Shown here piece after piece: positions 1 through 8,068 of a stretch of DNA of 64,000 nucleotides. The translations under genes and the position numbers were made by a program. The stretch's first letter is position 1. Each line of letters starts with the position of its first letter. The notes beneath the pieces are model-generated. The model ran no database searches. It was given only the letters and a program-made list of their open reading frames with translations, and was not told where the DNA came from. Source of the stretch: Candidatus Saccharimonadales bacterium (lineage in GTDB: Bacteria; Patescibacteriota; Saccharimonadia; Saccharimonadales; 2-12-FULL-41-12); NCBI GenBank assembly GCA_035700225.1, contig DASSOT010000003.1, positions 111 to 64,110 on the forward strand, read 5' to 3'.

Positions 1-79
1 CTGGCTTTTGATATTTTTTGTAATTACAAGGACATCCCCCGGCAAGCGCGAGGGCGGCGGCGAATTTCAAAAACAGCAT
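1..79 (-). CDS. Partial ORF running off the window edge (MLFLKFAAALALAGGC...), possible lipoprotein
   Basis: ATG at 79-77, open to the window edge; hydrophobic stretch ending in LAGGC; only 26 codons visible. Confidence 0.3.
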   Translation of the reverse strand, partial: MLFLKFAAALALAGGCPCNYKKYQKP

Positions 80-124
80 TTAATTTAGCCATAGGCAATG
101 ATTATAAACTATTTTTCGTATAAT

Positions 125-814
125 TCAATTCTTTTTCAGAGTGATAAGCCTGGAATACGTATAAACGACCAGGTAGCCGCTGAAAAGGACCAAAAATAAC
201 GTCAGCGTTGCCAGGTAGGTATCCGAATGCTGGGTCGGATTGACCAGCCTGTCCGAAACGTCGAAAAGCAGGCCTGCCGGCCTGAGTAGGATATCCCACG
301 TATTGAAACGGGTAAATCTGCCCAGATATGTAGCAAAACTGGCCAGGAAAAAAACAACGGCTATTATGCCCAGCGCCGTGTGTGCATTCAGACGTCTTAA
401 AAGCTGTTTATGGATCAGATATACCGAACCGAAGCCCAGTACAATGCCGTTAAGCATAAAACCGGCCAGCAGGACAACGTCGAAATACAGGCCGACATCA
501 TCCGTCGGACGGAGGTGGACGAAATCGGTAATCAAATAAAAAGTGTTGGGTAAGAAACCTAGGTAAAGTATGGATAAGACCACCTGCGGCCAGCCGAACC
601 AGCTGAGGGTCTTGAGTCTTTCGCTCAGCCACCAGGCTACAAGCAAAGGTATCACGGCCAGTACGAGGTTCCATACCAGGAATATGTACCTTAAGCTGTC
701 GCTGGAAAATATCCTTCCAGCCAGCAGGGCCAAGCTTATCAGACAAGCCAACATAACGCTGGCTATGAACTGATAGCTTCTATCCTTACCGAGTTTGGCC
801 ATGACTCCCGCCAT
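125..814 (-). CDS. DUF1361-family integral membrane protein
   Basis: Multiple TM segments with FLVWNLVLA, FLPNTFYLITD and YLGRFTRFNTWD motifs. Confidence 0.8.
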   Translation of the reverse strand: MAGVMAKLGKDRSYQFIASVMLACLISLALLAGRIFSSDSLRYIFLVWNLVLAVIPLLVAWWLSERLKTLSWFGWPQVVLSILYLGFLPNTFYLITDFVHLRPTDDVGLYFDVVLLAGFMLNGIVLGFGSVYLIHKQLLRRLNAHTALGIIAVVFFLASFATYLGRFTRFNTWDILLRPAGLLFDVSDRLVNPTQHSDTYLATLTLFLVLFSGYLVVYTYSRLITLKKN

Positions 815-841
815 AGCTAAATTATATCAATATGCCTTTAG

Positions 842-1873
842 TTAAACTTTTTTAAGCTCGACCTTCAGCTTTTCAATCAAATCCACGGGCGTAGGATCAA
901 GACCGTTCAAAAGAGCCAAATACAGGCTGGTGAAATCACCCAGCTGTATAGACCAAAGCAGTTGTTTCAGCAGGCTGTCGCCGGCAGGCTTTATGACTTC
1001 CGCCGTCGGTTTCTTTCCGGAAAGCAACTTCTCGCTGATTTCAAACCTTGCCTGAACCCTGGCATGTTCCAGATTGCTCCTTATATCCACCACCTTGTAC
1101 GGTTTTTCGACGGGATGGCTTATCCAGCCCTGAAACTCGTTGTGGTTGAATTCAGGCAGTTGGTTGCACCAGGCTATGTTCTTGGCGTTTTCGTTAAAGT
1201 TAATCTTCCATTTGTACGCCGCCGGGAACAGCTTCGGTCCGGAGTAGATAACGATTGAATTTCCGACCAGCTCCTGCGCCATTTTCTTAGCCAGGTTGCG
1301 TTCCGCAGGCACTTCCGGCCCCAGTTCCTTTGCCTGCTCGCCGAGCCAATCGGCCGCGCTCGCCAGCTCCTTCAGCTTGTCAGCACCTGTCAGTCCTGCG
1401 GAAACAAAAAGACTTATAAGCGCCGCGAAATTATAAAATATCGCCATCCTCGGCTGGAAACCGCCCGGTATCTTATAAAACGGGTAGTTCTTTTCTTTTG
1501 CCCGTTCAGCCAGCTTGCCGCCCGAGCAGATGATTACTATCTGGGCGCCCTTTTCTTCCGCCTCATCCAATCCTGCCAGCGTTTCTTCGGTATTGCCCGA
1601 ATAGCTGGATGCTATGAACAAGGTATTTTTGCCGACATAAGACGGCAGATTATAATTTTTCACTATCACAAAAGGCTTATCCAGGCCCGGCCAGCTGGCG
1701 GCTACCTCCGCGGCCAGCGCAGAACCGCCCATCCCGGCCAGCACCACGTTGTCGATGGGGCCGAAGTCCGCCTCTACGTCATAGGCCTGTTTTAACTGCT
1801 CCCATTGTTTTCCCGCAATGCCCAGCGAGTCTTCTTTGTCCCGGTTATGTATCATCTTCAAATCATCCAGCAT
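842..1873 (-). CDS. Bifunctional phosphoglucose/phosphomannose isomerase (SIS domain)
   Basis: GMGGS, SYSGNTEET, QPR, NENAK and PEFNHNE motifs. Confidence 0.92.
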   Translation of the reverse strand: MLDDLKMIHNRDKEDSLGIAGKQWEQLKQAYDVEADFGPIDNVVLAGMGGSALAAEVAASWPGLDKPFVIVKNYNLPSYVGKNTLFIASSYSGNTEETLAGLDEAEEKGAQIVIICSGGKLAERAKEKNYPFYKIPGGFQPRMAIFYNFAALISLFVSAGLTGADKLKELASAADWLGEQAKELGPEVPAERNLAKKMAQELVGNSIVIYSGPKLFPAAYKWKINFNENAKNIAWCNQLPEFNHNEFQGWISHPVEKPYKVVDIRSNLEHARVQARFEISEKLLSGKKPTAEVIKPAGDSLLKQLLWSIQLGDFTSLYLALLNGLDPTPVDLIEKLKVELKKV

Positions 1874-1983
1874 GTTTAATCTCCCTCGGTTAATGCTTTT
1901 GTTTATCAGCGGTTTTTGCTACTATCTTATTGTAAATTGAAAATCTTAAATTGAAAATTGTCCGTCATGAACGGAGGGTGGGG

Positions 1984-2484
1984 ATGCAAGAAGAAAATAC
2001 GAACCAAACAGAAAACACTGACACCGGCGCCGAAACGCCGGATGGCATACCGGAGCTAAGCCTTAGCGGCAATCCTTCCGGCCAGCAGGATTCTCCTGCG
2101 CCGGCGGTTACATCAGATGATACCGGGGGTACGGATACTTCCTCGTCTTCAGATGATTCTTCCGCAGTCGCGGATAGCGCTGGCGATACATCGTCTTCAA
2201 CACAGCCGTCGACACCGGTTGCTGAGGACGACCTGGATGCCATAAGAGACACCGCACTGCATGATTTAGCACCGATTGTGAACAAGCTGGACCAGGACCC
2301 GGAGGACAAGTACCGGACGTTGATGATGCTTATACAATCATCCGACGACCAAAGTCTGCTCAAAGAAGCTTACTCTGCCGCCCACAACATAGAAGATGAA
2401 AAAACCAGGGCCGAAGCCCTGCTTACCATCATCGATGAGATAAATTACTTCAAAGGCAAGGGCAAAAAGCCCGAAGAAGAGTAG
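1984..2484 (+). CDS. Hypothetical protein: acidic low-complexity N-terminus and helical C-terminal domain
   Basis: Long ORF; ATG at 1984 follows GGAGG; C-terminal domain has normal composition. Confidence 0.7.
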   Translation: MQEENTNQTENTDTGAETPDGIPELSLSGNPSGQQDSPAPAVTSDDTGGTDTSSSSDDSSAVADSAGDTSSSTQPSTPVAEDDLDAIRDTALHDLAPIVNKLDQDPEDKYRTLMMLIQSSDDQSLLKEAYSAAHNIEDEKTRAEALLTIIDEINYFKGKGKKPEEE

Positions 2485-2495
2485 AAAGACCCGGC

Positions 2496-2918
2496 TTACA
2501 GTCCCGGGTCGCCGGTGTCCGGCAAAGTGTCGCCAGTAGAAGGCGTAGTGCTTGGCGCTGTGGCATTATCACCAGTAGAAGGTGTGGAGGTCGAACCGCC
2601 GCCCGTCTGCGAGTTTGAGGTACCTTCACCGCCGGCTTGATTGCCGCTTTGTTTTTTCTTGTTTTCTGCTTCTTTCTTACTGTCGTCTGTTTTGGCTGTG
2701 GAGGGCTGGTTGTCGTTGGAATCGCCGTTAAGAGCCCGATAAATCGCCCGGCCGCCGAAAAAAAGCGCGCTGGCTATCAGTATGGTTACGAGAAGTGCGA
2801 ATAATCCGAACAGGACCGAAGCCACCTTGCTCCTGGCCGGTTCATCCTTATAAATTGAAAGGTCGTCAGACTCTTCGTCTTTGTCTTTACCACCTGAAAA
2901 TCTATCAAAAAACTTCAT
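2496..2918 (-). CDS. Single-pass membrane protein with Ser/Thr/Gly-rich tail ending in LPDTG
   Basis: GGAG SD before the ATG; one TM helix; TPSTGD twice, then LPDTGD at the C-terminus. Confidence 0.75.
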   Translation of the reverse strand: MKFFDRFSGGKDKDEESDDLSIYKDEPARSKVASVLFGLFALLVTILIASALFFGGRAIYRALNGDSNDNQPSTAKTDDSKKEAENKKKQSGNQAGGEGTSNSQTGGGSTSTPSTGDNATAPSTTPSTGDTLPDTGDPGL

Positions 2919-3021
2919 TAGCTCCTCCGTTACGGTTAAGCAAATTCTACACTTTTATGGCTTTTTTTGCAATCTTTTGATTAAAGTAGTTTATTGACTT
3001 AGTTTGAGACAGGCGGCCATA

Positions 3022-3531
3022 ATGGATTTAACAAAGGAGAAATATTTGGCAAAAGTTTATCTGAGCCTGGGCTCGAACGTAGGAAATCGGCGAGGATTTT
3101 TAACCGCGGCGCTAAAGGAGCTTGCAAAAAAAATCAATCTGTCCGACCAATCCGCCGTGTACGCGACCGCTCCGTGGGGGAATGAAAAGCAGGCGGATTT
3201 CCTCAATATGTGCGTAAGCGGCGAAACCGGACTTTCACCCCAACAACTGCTTGGTTTCATCAAAAATACTGAAACCGGTCTGGGCAGGAAACACACAAAA
3301 AAGTGGGGGCCACGGGAAATAGACATAGACATAATCTTCTACGACGGCGAAGTGATTGATATGCCCGGGCTGGCGATACCGCACCCTCATATGGCTGAGC
3401 GCCCTTTCGTACTGGTGCCGCTGGCCGAAATCGCGCCGGATTTCACACATCCGCTACTGCACAAAACCGTCTCAAAGATGGCGCAAGAAGCCGGTTCCGA
3501 AGGTGTCAAAAAGGCGGAAGCCGATGAATGA
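3022..3531 (+). CDS. folK: 2-amino-4-hydroxy-6-hydroxymethyldihydropteridine pyrophosphokinase
   Basis: YLSLGSNVG, FLN, WGPREIDIDI, IPHP and RPFVLVPL motifs; start uncertain (TTG near 3046 after AAGGAG is an alternative). Confidence 0.93.
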   Translation: MDLTKEKYLAKVYLSLGSNVGNRRGFLTAALKELAKKINLSDQSAVYATAPWGNEKQADFLNMCVSGETGLSPQQLLGFIKNTETGLGRKHTKKWGPREIDIDIIFYDGEVIDMPGLAIPHPHMAERPFVLVPLAEIAPDFTHPLLHKTVSKMAQEAGSEGVKKAEADE

Positions 3532-4363
3532 ATTCACTCTATATCTGGCCGGTGGCAGTCAGCTTTCGGCGGACAAAACTCTGGTCATGGGCATACTCAA
3601 CGCCACGCCGGATTCTTTCAGCGACGGCGGAGACATCGCAGACCCGGGCAGGCTGGACACGCGCATCAGGGAAATGATAAACGCCGGGGCCGATATTTTA
3701 GATATTGGCGGCGAATCTACACGGCCGGGCCATGAAAAGGTGGATGCCGGCGAGGAAACAGCCCGCGTCGTTCCCGTCATCCGGGCCATCAGGAAAATAT
3801 CGAAAACCATGCCCATCAGCGTAGATACGCAAAAAGTCGAAGTAGCCGAAGAAGCACTGCGCGCCGGAGCAAGCCTGATAAACGATGTCAGCGCCTTTTC
3901 GGATAAAAAAATGGCTGAGGTAGTCCGCAAGCATGCCTGTTCAGTAATTCTGATGCGCAACGAGCCTACCGGTTCTGATACCGTGGCTAATACCAAACAA
4001 CAGTTTGAAAGAATCATTGAAGAAGCCGAGAAACACGGAGTAGATAAGAAATATCTGCTACTGGACCCGGGGTTGGGATTCGGTGATTTGAAAACCGGCG
4101 ACTACAGCCTGTCGCCCGGTTCGGACCCGGCCGCTAATCTGGAACTGATAAGGAGTATAAGCAAATATTCGCACGGCCTGCCGGTAGTCATCGGCGCCAG
4201 CAGAAAGCGTTTCATCGGCGACATCACAGGTGAAAAGGATGTCAAAAAACGCCTCGGCGGCTCGCTCGCCGCGGCCATATTGGCCGCTCAGGCCGGCGCC
4301 GGCATCGTGCGGGTCCATGACGTAGCCGAAACCGTCCAGGCGTTCAAGATTCTCAACTGCTAG
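3524..4363 (+). CDS. folP: Dihydropteroate synthase
   Basis: MGILNATPDSFSDGG, DIGGESTRPG, DPGLGFG, SRKRF and RVHDV; ATG at 3524 overlaps the folK end. Confidence 0.95.
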   Translation: MNEFTLYLAGGSQLSADKTLVMGILNATPDSFSDGGDIADPGRLDTRIREMINAGADILDIGGESTRPGHEKVDAGEETARVVPVIRAIRKISKTMPISVDTQKVEVAEEALRAGASLINDVSAFSDKKMAEVVRKHACSVILMRNEPTGSDTVANTKQQFERIIEEAEKHGVDKKYLLLDPGLGFGDLKTGDYSLSPGSDPAANLELIRSISKYSHGLPVVIGASRKRFIGDITGEKDVKKRLGGSLAAAILAAQAGAGIVRVHDVAETVQAFKILNC

Positions 4364-4372
4364 GCACTAAAC

Positions 4373-4520
4373 GCCGGGTGGCCCGGCGAAGCAATGTATT
4401 TCTTTTGTACGAAAGGGTTGCAAGGAGATTTAATGGCTGGGCAAGTAGAGGCAAGAACACCAAAAAATCTCCGCCTGGAGTAAAAAGAACTATACATTCG
4501 GAGCCGGGACGGGGCCCGGC
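4373..4520 (+). repeat. Structured intergenic repeat, copy A (homologous to 18553-18700, minus strand)
   Basis: Shares the blocks AATGTATTTCTTTT, GGGTTGCAAGGAGATTTAA, AAAAATCTCCGCCTGGAG and AAGAACTATACATT with copy B. Confidence 0.85.
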
Positions 4521-4524
4521 AGAT

Positions 4525-5256
4525 CTAGCCCAATTGCCTGATGAATTTCAGCGCGCCGTTCGCGCCGCTTTTTTCTACTTCGCGGATGACCGAACTTCCT
4601 ACCACGGCTAAGTCCGCTATCTTCAATACCCGGCTTACATCGTCTGCATTTCTGATACCGAAACCTATGGCCACCTGCTTGTCCGGCGACAATTTCCTGA
4701 TTTCCCCGCCCAGCTTGCCTAGCTCATCTGATACTAGCAACCTATTACCAGTAATACCCTTGGTACTGGTCAGATACACCAGTTCGCCGGAGTTAGCGAG
4801 CGCCCCTTTCAGCCTTTGAGCGCTTATACCGGGCGACACTACCGGCACTATCTGAAGTGATGTTTCTGCTGTAGCGCGGATCAGTTCCTTATATTCAGGA
4901 CTGTCAAAAGGAAGGTCAGGGATGATTAGCCCCTTCGCCCCTGCTCTGCCTGCACGCTTGCAGAATGTACCGATGCCGTTATGAATCAGCTTCTGCGCAT
5001 AGCTCATGATGTAGATTTCCGCTTTCAACCCTTTTCGGCGCGCCTCTTCTATCAGTTTGAAGCTGGCCTCGGTATCCATGCCTTGTGCTAAGGCCTTATC
5101 ATTGGCCTTCATGATGGTTTCGCCGTCGGCAATCGGGTCGGAAAACGGAACCTGAACCTCCATGATTCCTACGCCGGCTTTTTGCATGCCAAGTAAGAGC
5201 TCAATGCATTCTTCCCTTGACGGATAGCCCGCCACAACATGAGTCATCAGCCCCAT
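4525..5256 (-). CDS. trpA: Tryptophan synthase alpha chain
   Basis: AGYP, EVQVPFSDPIADG, IIPDLP, GITG, GFGI and VVGS motifs; AAGGAGG SD. Confidence 0.95.
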   Translation of the reverse strand: MGLMTHVVAGYPSREECIELLLGMQKAGVGIMEVQVPFSDPIADGETIMKANDKALAQGMDTEASFKLIEEARRKGLKAEIYIMSYAQKLIHNGIGTFCKRAGRAGAKGLIIPDLPFDSPEYKELIRATAETSLQIVPVVSPGISAQRLKGALANSGELVYLTSTKGITGNRLLVSDELGKLGGEIRKLSPDKQVAIGFGIRNADDVSRVLKIADLAVVGSSVIREVEKSGANGALKFIRQLG

Positions 5257-5345
5257 GACTACACAGCCCTCCTTTCCAAACCCAAAGCTTTAAGAAGCCT
5301 TATGGCTAACCCGTCTAGACTGTTAAAGCAAACCAGCCCGGCAAA

Positions 5346-5452
5346 GTGAGTTATTTTAATTTGAAAGAGTCTGCTAGCGCTTCCCTTGAATTTCCTGCCA
5401 AAGCTGGGAAATTCATAGGTGAAAAAGCGCTCTTGAAAGTAAAATAACTCAC
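5346..5452. other. Long imperfect hairpin between trpB and trpA
   Basis: GTGAGTTATTTTA (5346-5358) pairs with TAAAATAACTCAC (5440-5452); nested AGCGCT/AGCGCT and GAATTTCC/GGAAATTC. Confidence 0.7.
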
Positions 5453-5454
5453 GA

Positions 5455-6942
5455 TTACTCATAGCTTTTTAGCTCCTCTTGCAAGAACTTCTTGAACTCA
5501 TCTCGAGCGAAATTCTTCGCCAGGGTGAATAAATCCTTATCGCCCCTGCCGGATATATTTATCACGAGCTTATTGCTCGGGCGCATCTTCTTGGCACGCC
5601 TGACAGCCTCGCTTACGGCATGGGCCGACTCCAGCGCCGGGATGATTCCTTCGTTCTCCGCCAGTATTCTCACGGCGCCCAGAGTGTCTTCGTCGCTCGC
5701 GCGGACGAATTCTACCCGGCCTTCATCGGCCAGCCGGGCCAGCTCCGGCCCTATACCGATGTAATCCAGCCCGGCGGCGATACTGTGCGTCGGCGCGCTG
5801 TTGCCATCTTTGTCCTGCAAGAAATACGACCTATAGCCTTCCATTATCCCGGGTTTCGCGCCGGGAAAACGAGCGGCGTGCTCGCCTGTCTTTTTCGATT
5901 TGCCGCCGGCTTCAACACCTATGAGGCGCACTTTTTTATTGCCCAAAAATTCATAAAAAGCTCCCAGCGCGTTGCTACCGCCGCCCACGCAGGCTACTAT
6001 CGCAGTCGGGTCTTCGCCCAGTTGCACCCTTATCTCCCGGCCGATTACCGACTGAAAATCCCGGTTCATCCTGGGATAAGGGTCCGGCCCAAGACACGAG
6101 CCGATGACATAGTGCGTGTCATCGCTGTTTTGCAACCAGTCGCGGATAGCCCCGCTAACGGCGTCCTTCAGCGTCCGGGCGCCATAGCTTATAGGTACGA
6201 CTTTAGCCCCTAAAAGCTCCATCAAGATTACATTAGGTTTTTGGCGGTCTATATCAACCTCTCCCATATAAACCGTGCATTCCAATCCGAACCGGGCGGC
6301 TACGGTAGCCGTAGCCAGACCGTGCTGGCCGGCGCCGGTTTCGGCTATCAGGCGCTTCTTGCCCATTTTTTTAGCCACCAGGGCCTGGCCTAGACAATGG
6401 TTTATCTTGTGCGCCCCGGTATGGTTCAGCCCTTCGTTCTTCAGATAAATCTGCGCTCCGCCGACGGCTTTGGTGAGGTTCTTAGCAAACACCAGAGGCG
6501 TCGGACGGTTGTTGTAGCGGGTCTGCAAATCGTCCAGCTCCGCCAGGAATGCCCTGTCGGTCTTGAGCTTGTCATATGTTTTCGCCAGTTTTTCCAGCTC
6601 GCCTTGCAACATCTCCGGCACGTAGCGTCCGCCGTGCCTGCCGAAATATCCGGATTCGTTTTTTTTCGATACGGTTTGTACGGGCTCTTCGCGCAAGACC
6701 TTGAAATAATCCTTGGCCAGCAGTTTTGAACCTTTGGTAACGGTGGCTACGCCCACGCCAAGATCATCAGCTATGGCGTGGTGGTTTTCGCCACTGAGGA
6801 GCTTTTTGACTATTTCGACCCGCTTAGGCAGGTTTTCTTTGTCCTTGTCAGAGGTAATGCCGTACATGAAATCCAGAAAATCATCATACCCCCGTATGGA
6901 GTACAAAAAATCAACAAAGCCCTGAAATTTTCGGTCTTTCAT
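5455..6942 (-). CDS. trpB: TrpR/YerC-like HTH domain fused to tryptophan synthase beta chain
   Basis: Residues ~1-85 carry IADDLGVGVATVTKGS (TrpR HTH); the rest has YFGRHGGRYVPE, HTGAHKIN, AETGAGQHG, CVGGGSN, GIIPALES and SGRGDKD. Confidence 0.95.
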   Translation of the reverse strand: MKDRKFQGFVDFLYSIRGYDDFLDFMYGITSDKDKENLPKRVEIVKKLLSGENHHAIADDLGVGVATVTKGSKLLAKDYFKVLREEPVQTVSKKNESGYFGRHGGRYVPEMLQGELEKLAKTYDKLKTDRAFLAELDDLQTRYNNRPTPLVFAKNLTKAVGGAQIYLKNEGLNHTGAHKINHCLGQALVAKKMGKKRLIAETGAGQHGLATATVAARFGLECTVYMGEVDIDRQKPNVILMELLGAKVVPISYGARTLKDAVSGAIRDWLQNSDDTHYVIGSCLGPDPYPRMNRDFQSVIGREIRVQLGEDPTAIVACVGGGSNALGAFYEFLGNKKVRLIGVEAGGKSKKTGEHAARFPGAKPGIMEGYRSYFLQDKDGNSAPTHSIAAGLDYIGIGPELARLADEGRVEFVRASDEDTLGAVRILAENEGIIPALESAHAVSEAVRRAKKMRPSNKLVINISGRGDKDLFTLAKNFARDEFKKFLQEELKSYE

Positions 6943-6948
6943 GTATAT

Positions 6949-6976
6949 ATACTAGCATACTAGTATTGCATATCAA
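6949..6976 (-). promoter_or_regulatory. TrpR-type operator ATACTAG-N4-CTAGTAT overlapping a sigma70 promoter
   Basis: 18-bp palindrome at 6949-6966; minus strand reads TTGATA-16nt-TAGTAT (TG-extended), then 6 nt to the ATG. Confidence 0.85.
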
Positions 6977-6983
6977 GGGGTTT

Positions 6984-7958
6984 TTAAGCAACCGCGTGCA
7001 GTACTACTTCGACGTCTTCGAGTAACTTATCAGCTGATTGGTATCGGTCCGCCGGGTCCTTCTGGGTAGCCCTTTCTATCATGCTGATTACCGCAGGTGG
7101 TATATCCTTGCCATCCGGCACCGTGAAATCAATCTCTGCTTCTTTGTGCAGTTGGGCCAAGCGCCGTTCCCTCTGCTCCTTCGGCGATATCACCGCATCG
7201 TACGCGCTAGATTCCAGAGAACGCGGCTTCACATTCCTGGGCGTTTCCACCTGGAACGGAACCCTGCCGTAAAAGAGCTCGTATGCCGTTATGCCCAGAT
7301 TATAAAAGTCGCTCGTTATATCCACCCTCTGGTTATTAGCCTGCTCCGGCGACATGTATTCTGCCGAGCAAACGACCCTGCCCGAGGTATGCGGACGGCC
7401 GAATTTCAGCATGCGCTCGCGGGCTTCGTTGTGCTCCGTAGAACCGCCGAGCATCCGGCCGGAGTCAAGAAGATGCCCGTACGGTCGTGGCATGGCCGCG
7501 CCGAAATCTATAAGCGCTGATCGGCCCGTCCTCTGGGCGATTATGTTATCCGGTTTGATATCACCGTGTACAAAACCCTCGCCATGCACATACCCCAGCG
7601 GGCCGGCAACGGAACTGATAATTTTGGCGGCGGCCTCTGAGCCTTTGGTTGTCAAGGCCACGTTCATGCTCGGCATACCTGCCTCTCTCGTCATGATGAA
7701 ATACGGGTCTTCCTCGCCGGTGTGGTCCTCAATCAAGTCCGGTATCTGCGGATGGTCCAGTGCACCGAGTATTTTGGCTTCCGCCGTCAAAACTTCTTTT
7801 TGCAGAACAGTTGCGTCGGCTGGCACGCCTTTTATGACTGCCGGCGGTTTCAGCTCGGTTCCGGCGGTAACGAAAGTAGTCGCCATATTAGAGGTGATTC
7901 TTTCTTTGATTTCCCCGTAGCGTCCGGCCTCATGGGCCGGTAGAGCAAAACCGTTCAT
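6984..7958 (-). CDS. Hanks-type Ser/Thr protein kinase with divergent N-lobe
   Basis: HPQIP, VHGDIKPDN, IDFG, YMSPEQ, SDFYNLG and DPADRYQSA. Confidence 0.9.
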   Translation of the reverse strand: MNGFALPAHEAGRYGEIKERITSNMATTFVTAGTELKPPAVIKGVPADATVLQKEVLTAEAKILGALDHPQIPDLIEDHTGEEDPYFIMTREAGMPSMNVALTTKGSEAAAKIISSVAGPLGYVHGEGFVHGDIKPDNIIAQRTGRSALIDFGAAMPRPYGHLLDSGRMLGGSTEHNEARERMLKFGRPHTSGRVVCSAEYMSPEQANNQRVDITSDFYNLGITAYELFYGRVPFQVETPRNVKPRSLESSAYDAVISPKEQRERRLAQLHKEAEIDFTVPDGKDIPPAVISMIERATQKDPADRYQSADKLLEDVEVVLHAVA

Positions 7959-8020
7959 TTGGTCTTATTATACCACTTATGCATTGATTATTCAATAAAA
8001 AAATTGCATAGTATCTAAAA

Positions 8021-8044
8021 TAAAAAGGCCCGGATTACGGGCCT
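8021..8044 (-). terminator. Intrinsic terminator of groESL
   Basis: AGGCCCG-5nt-CGGGCCT hairpin followed by a T-run on the minus strand. Confidence 0.8.
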
Positions 8045-8068
8045 CTTCATTTTTGAAGCATTGGGCTT

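Noticed and set aside
4378-4611. ORFs 4378-4611 (+) and 18540-18857 (-) sharing KSPPG
   Set aside because: The similarity comes from the DNA repeat; reading frames differ between copies and both ORFs overlap real genes
5259-5462. 67-aa ORF as a confident gene
   Set aside because: No recognisable motif and mostly occupied by an inverted repeat; kept only as a finding
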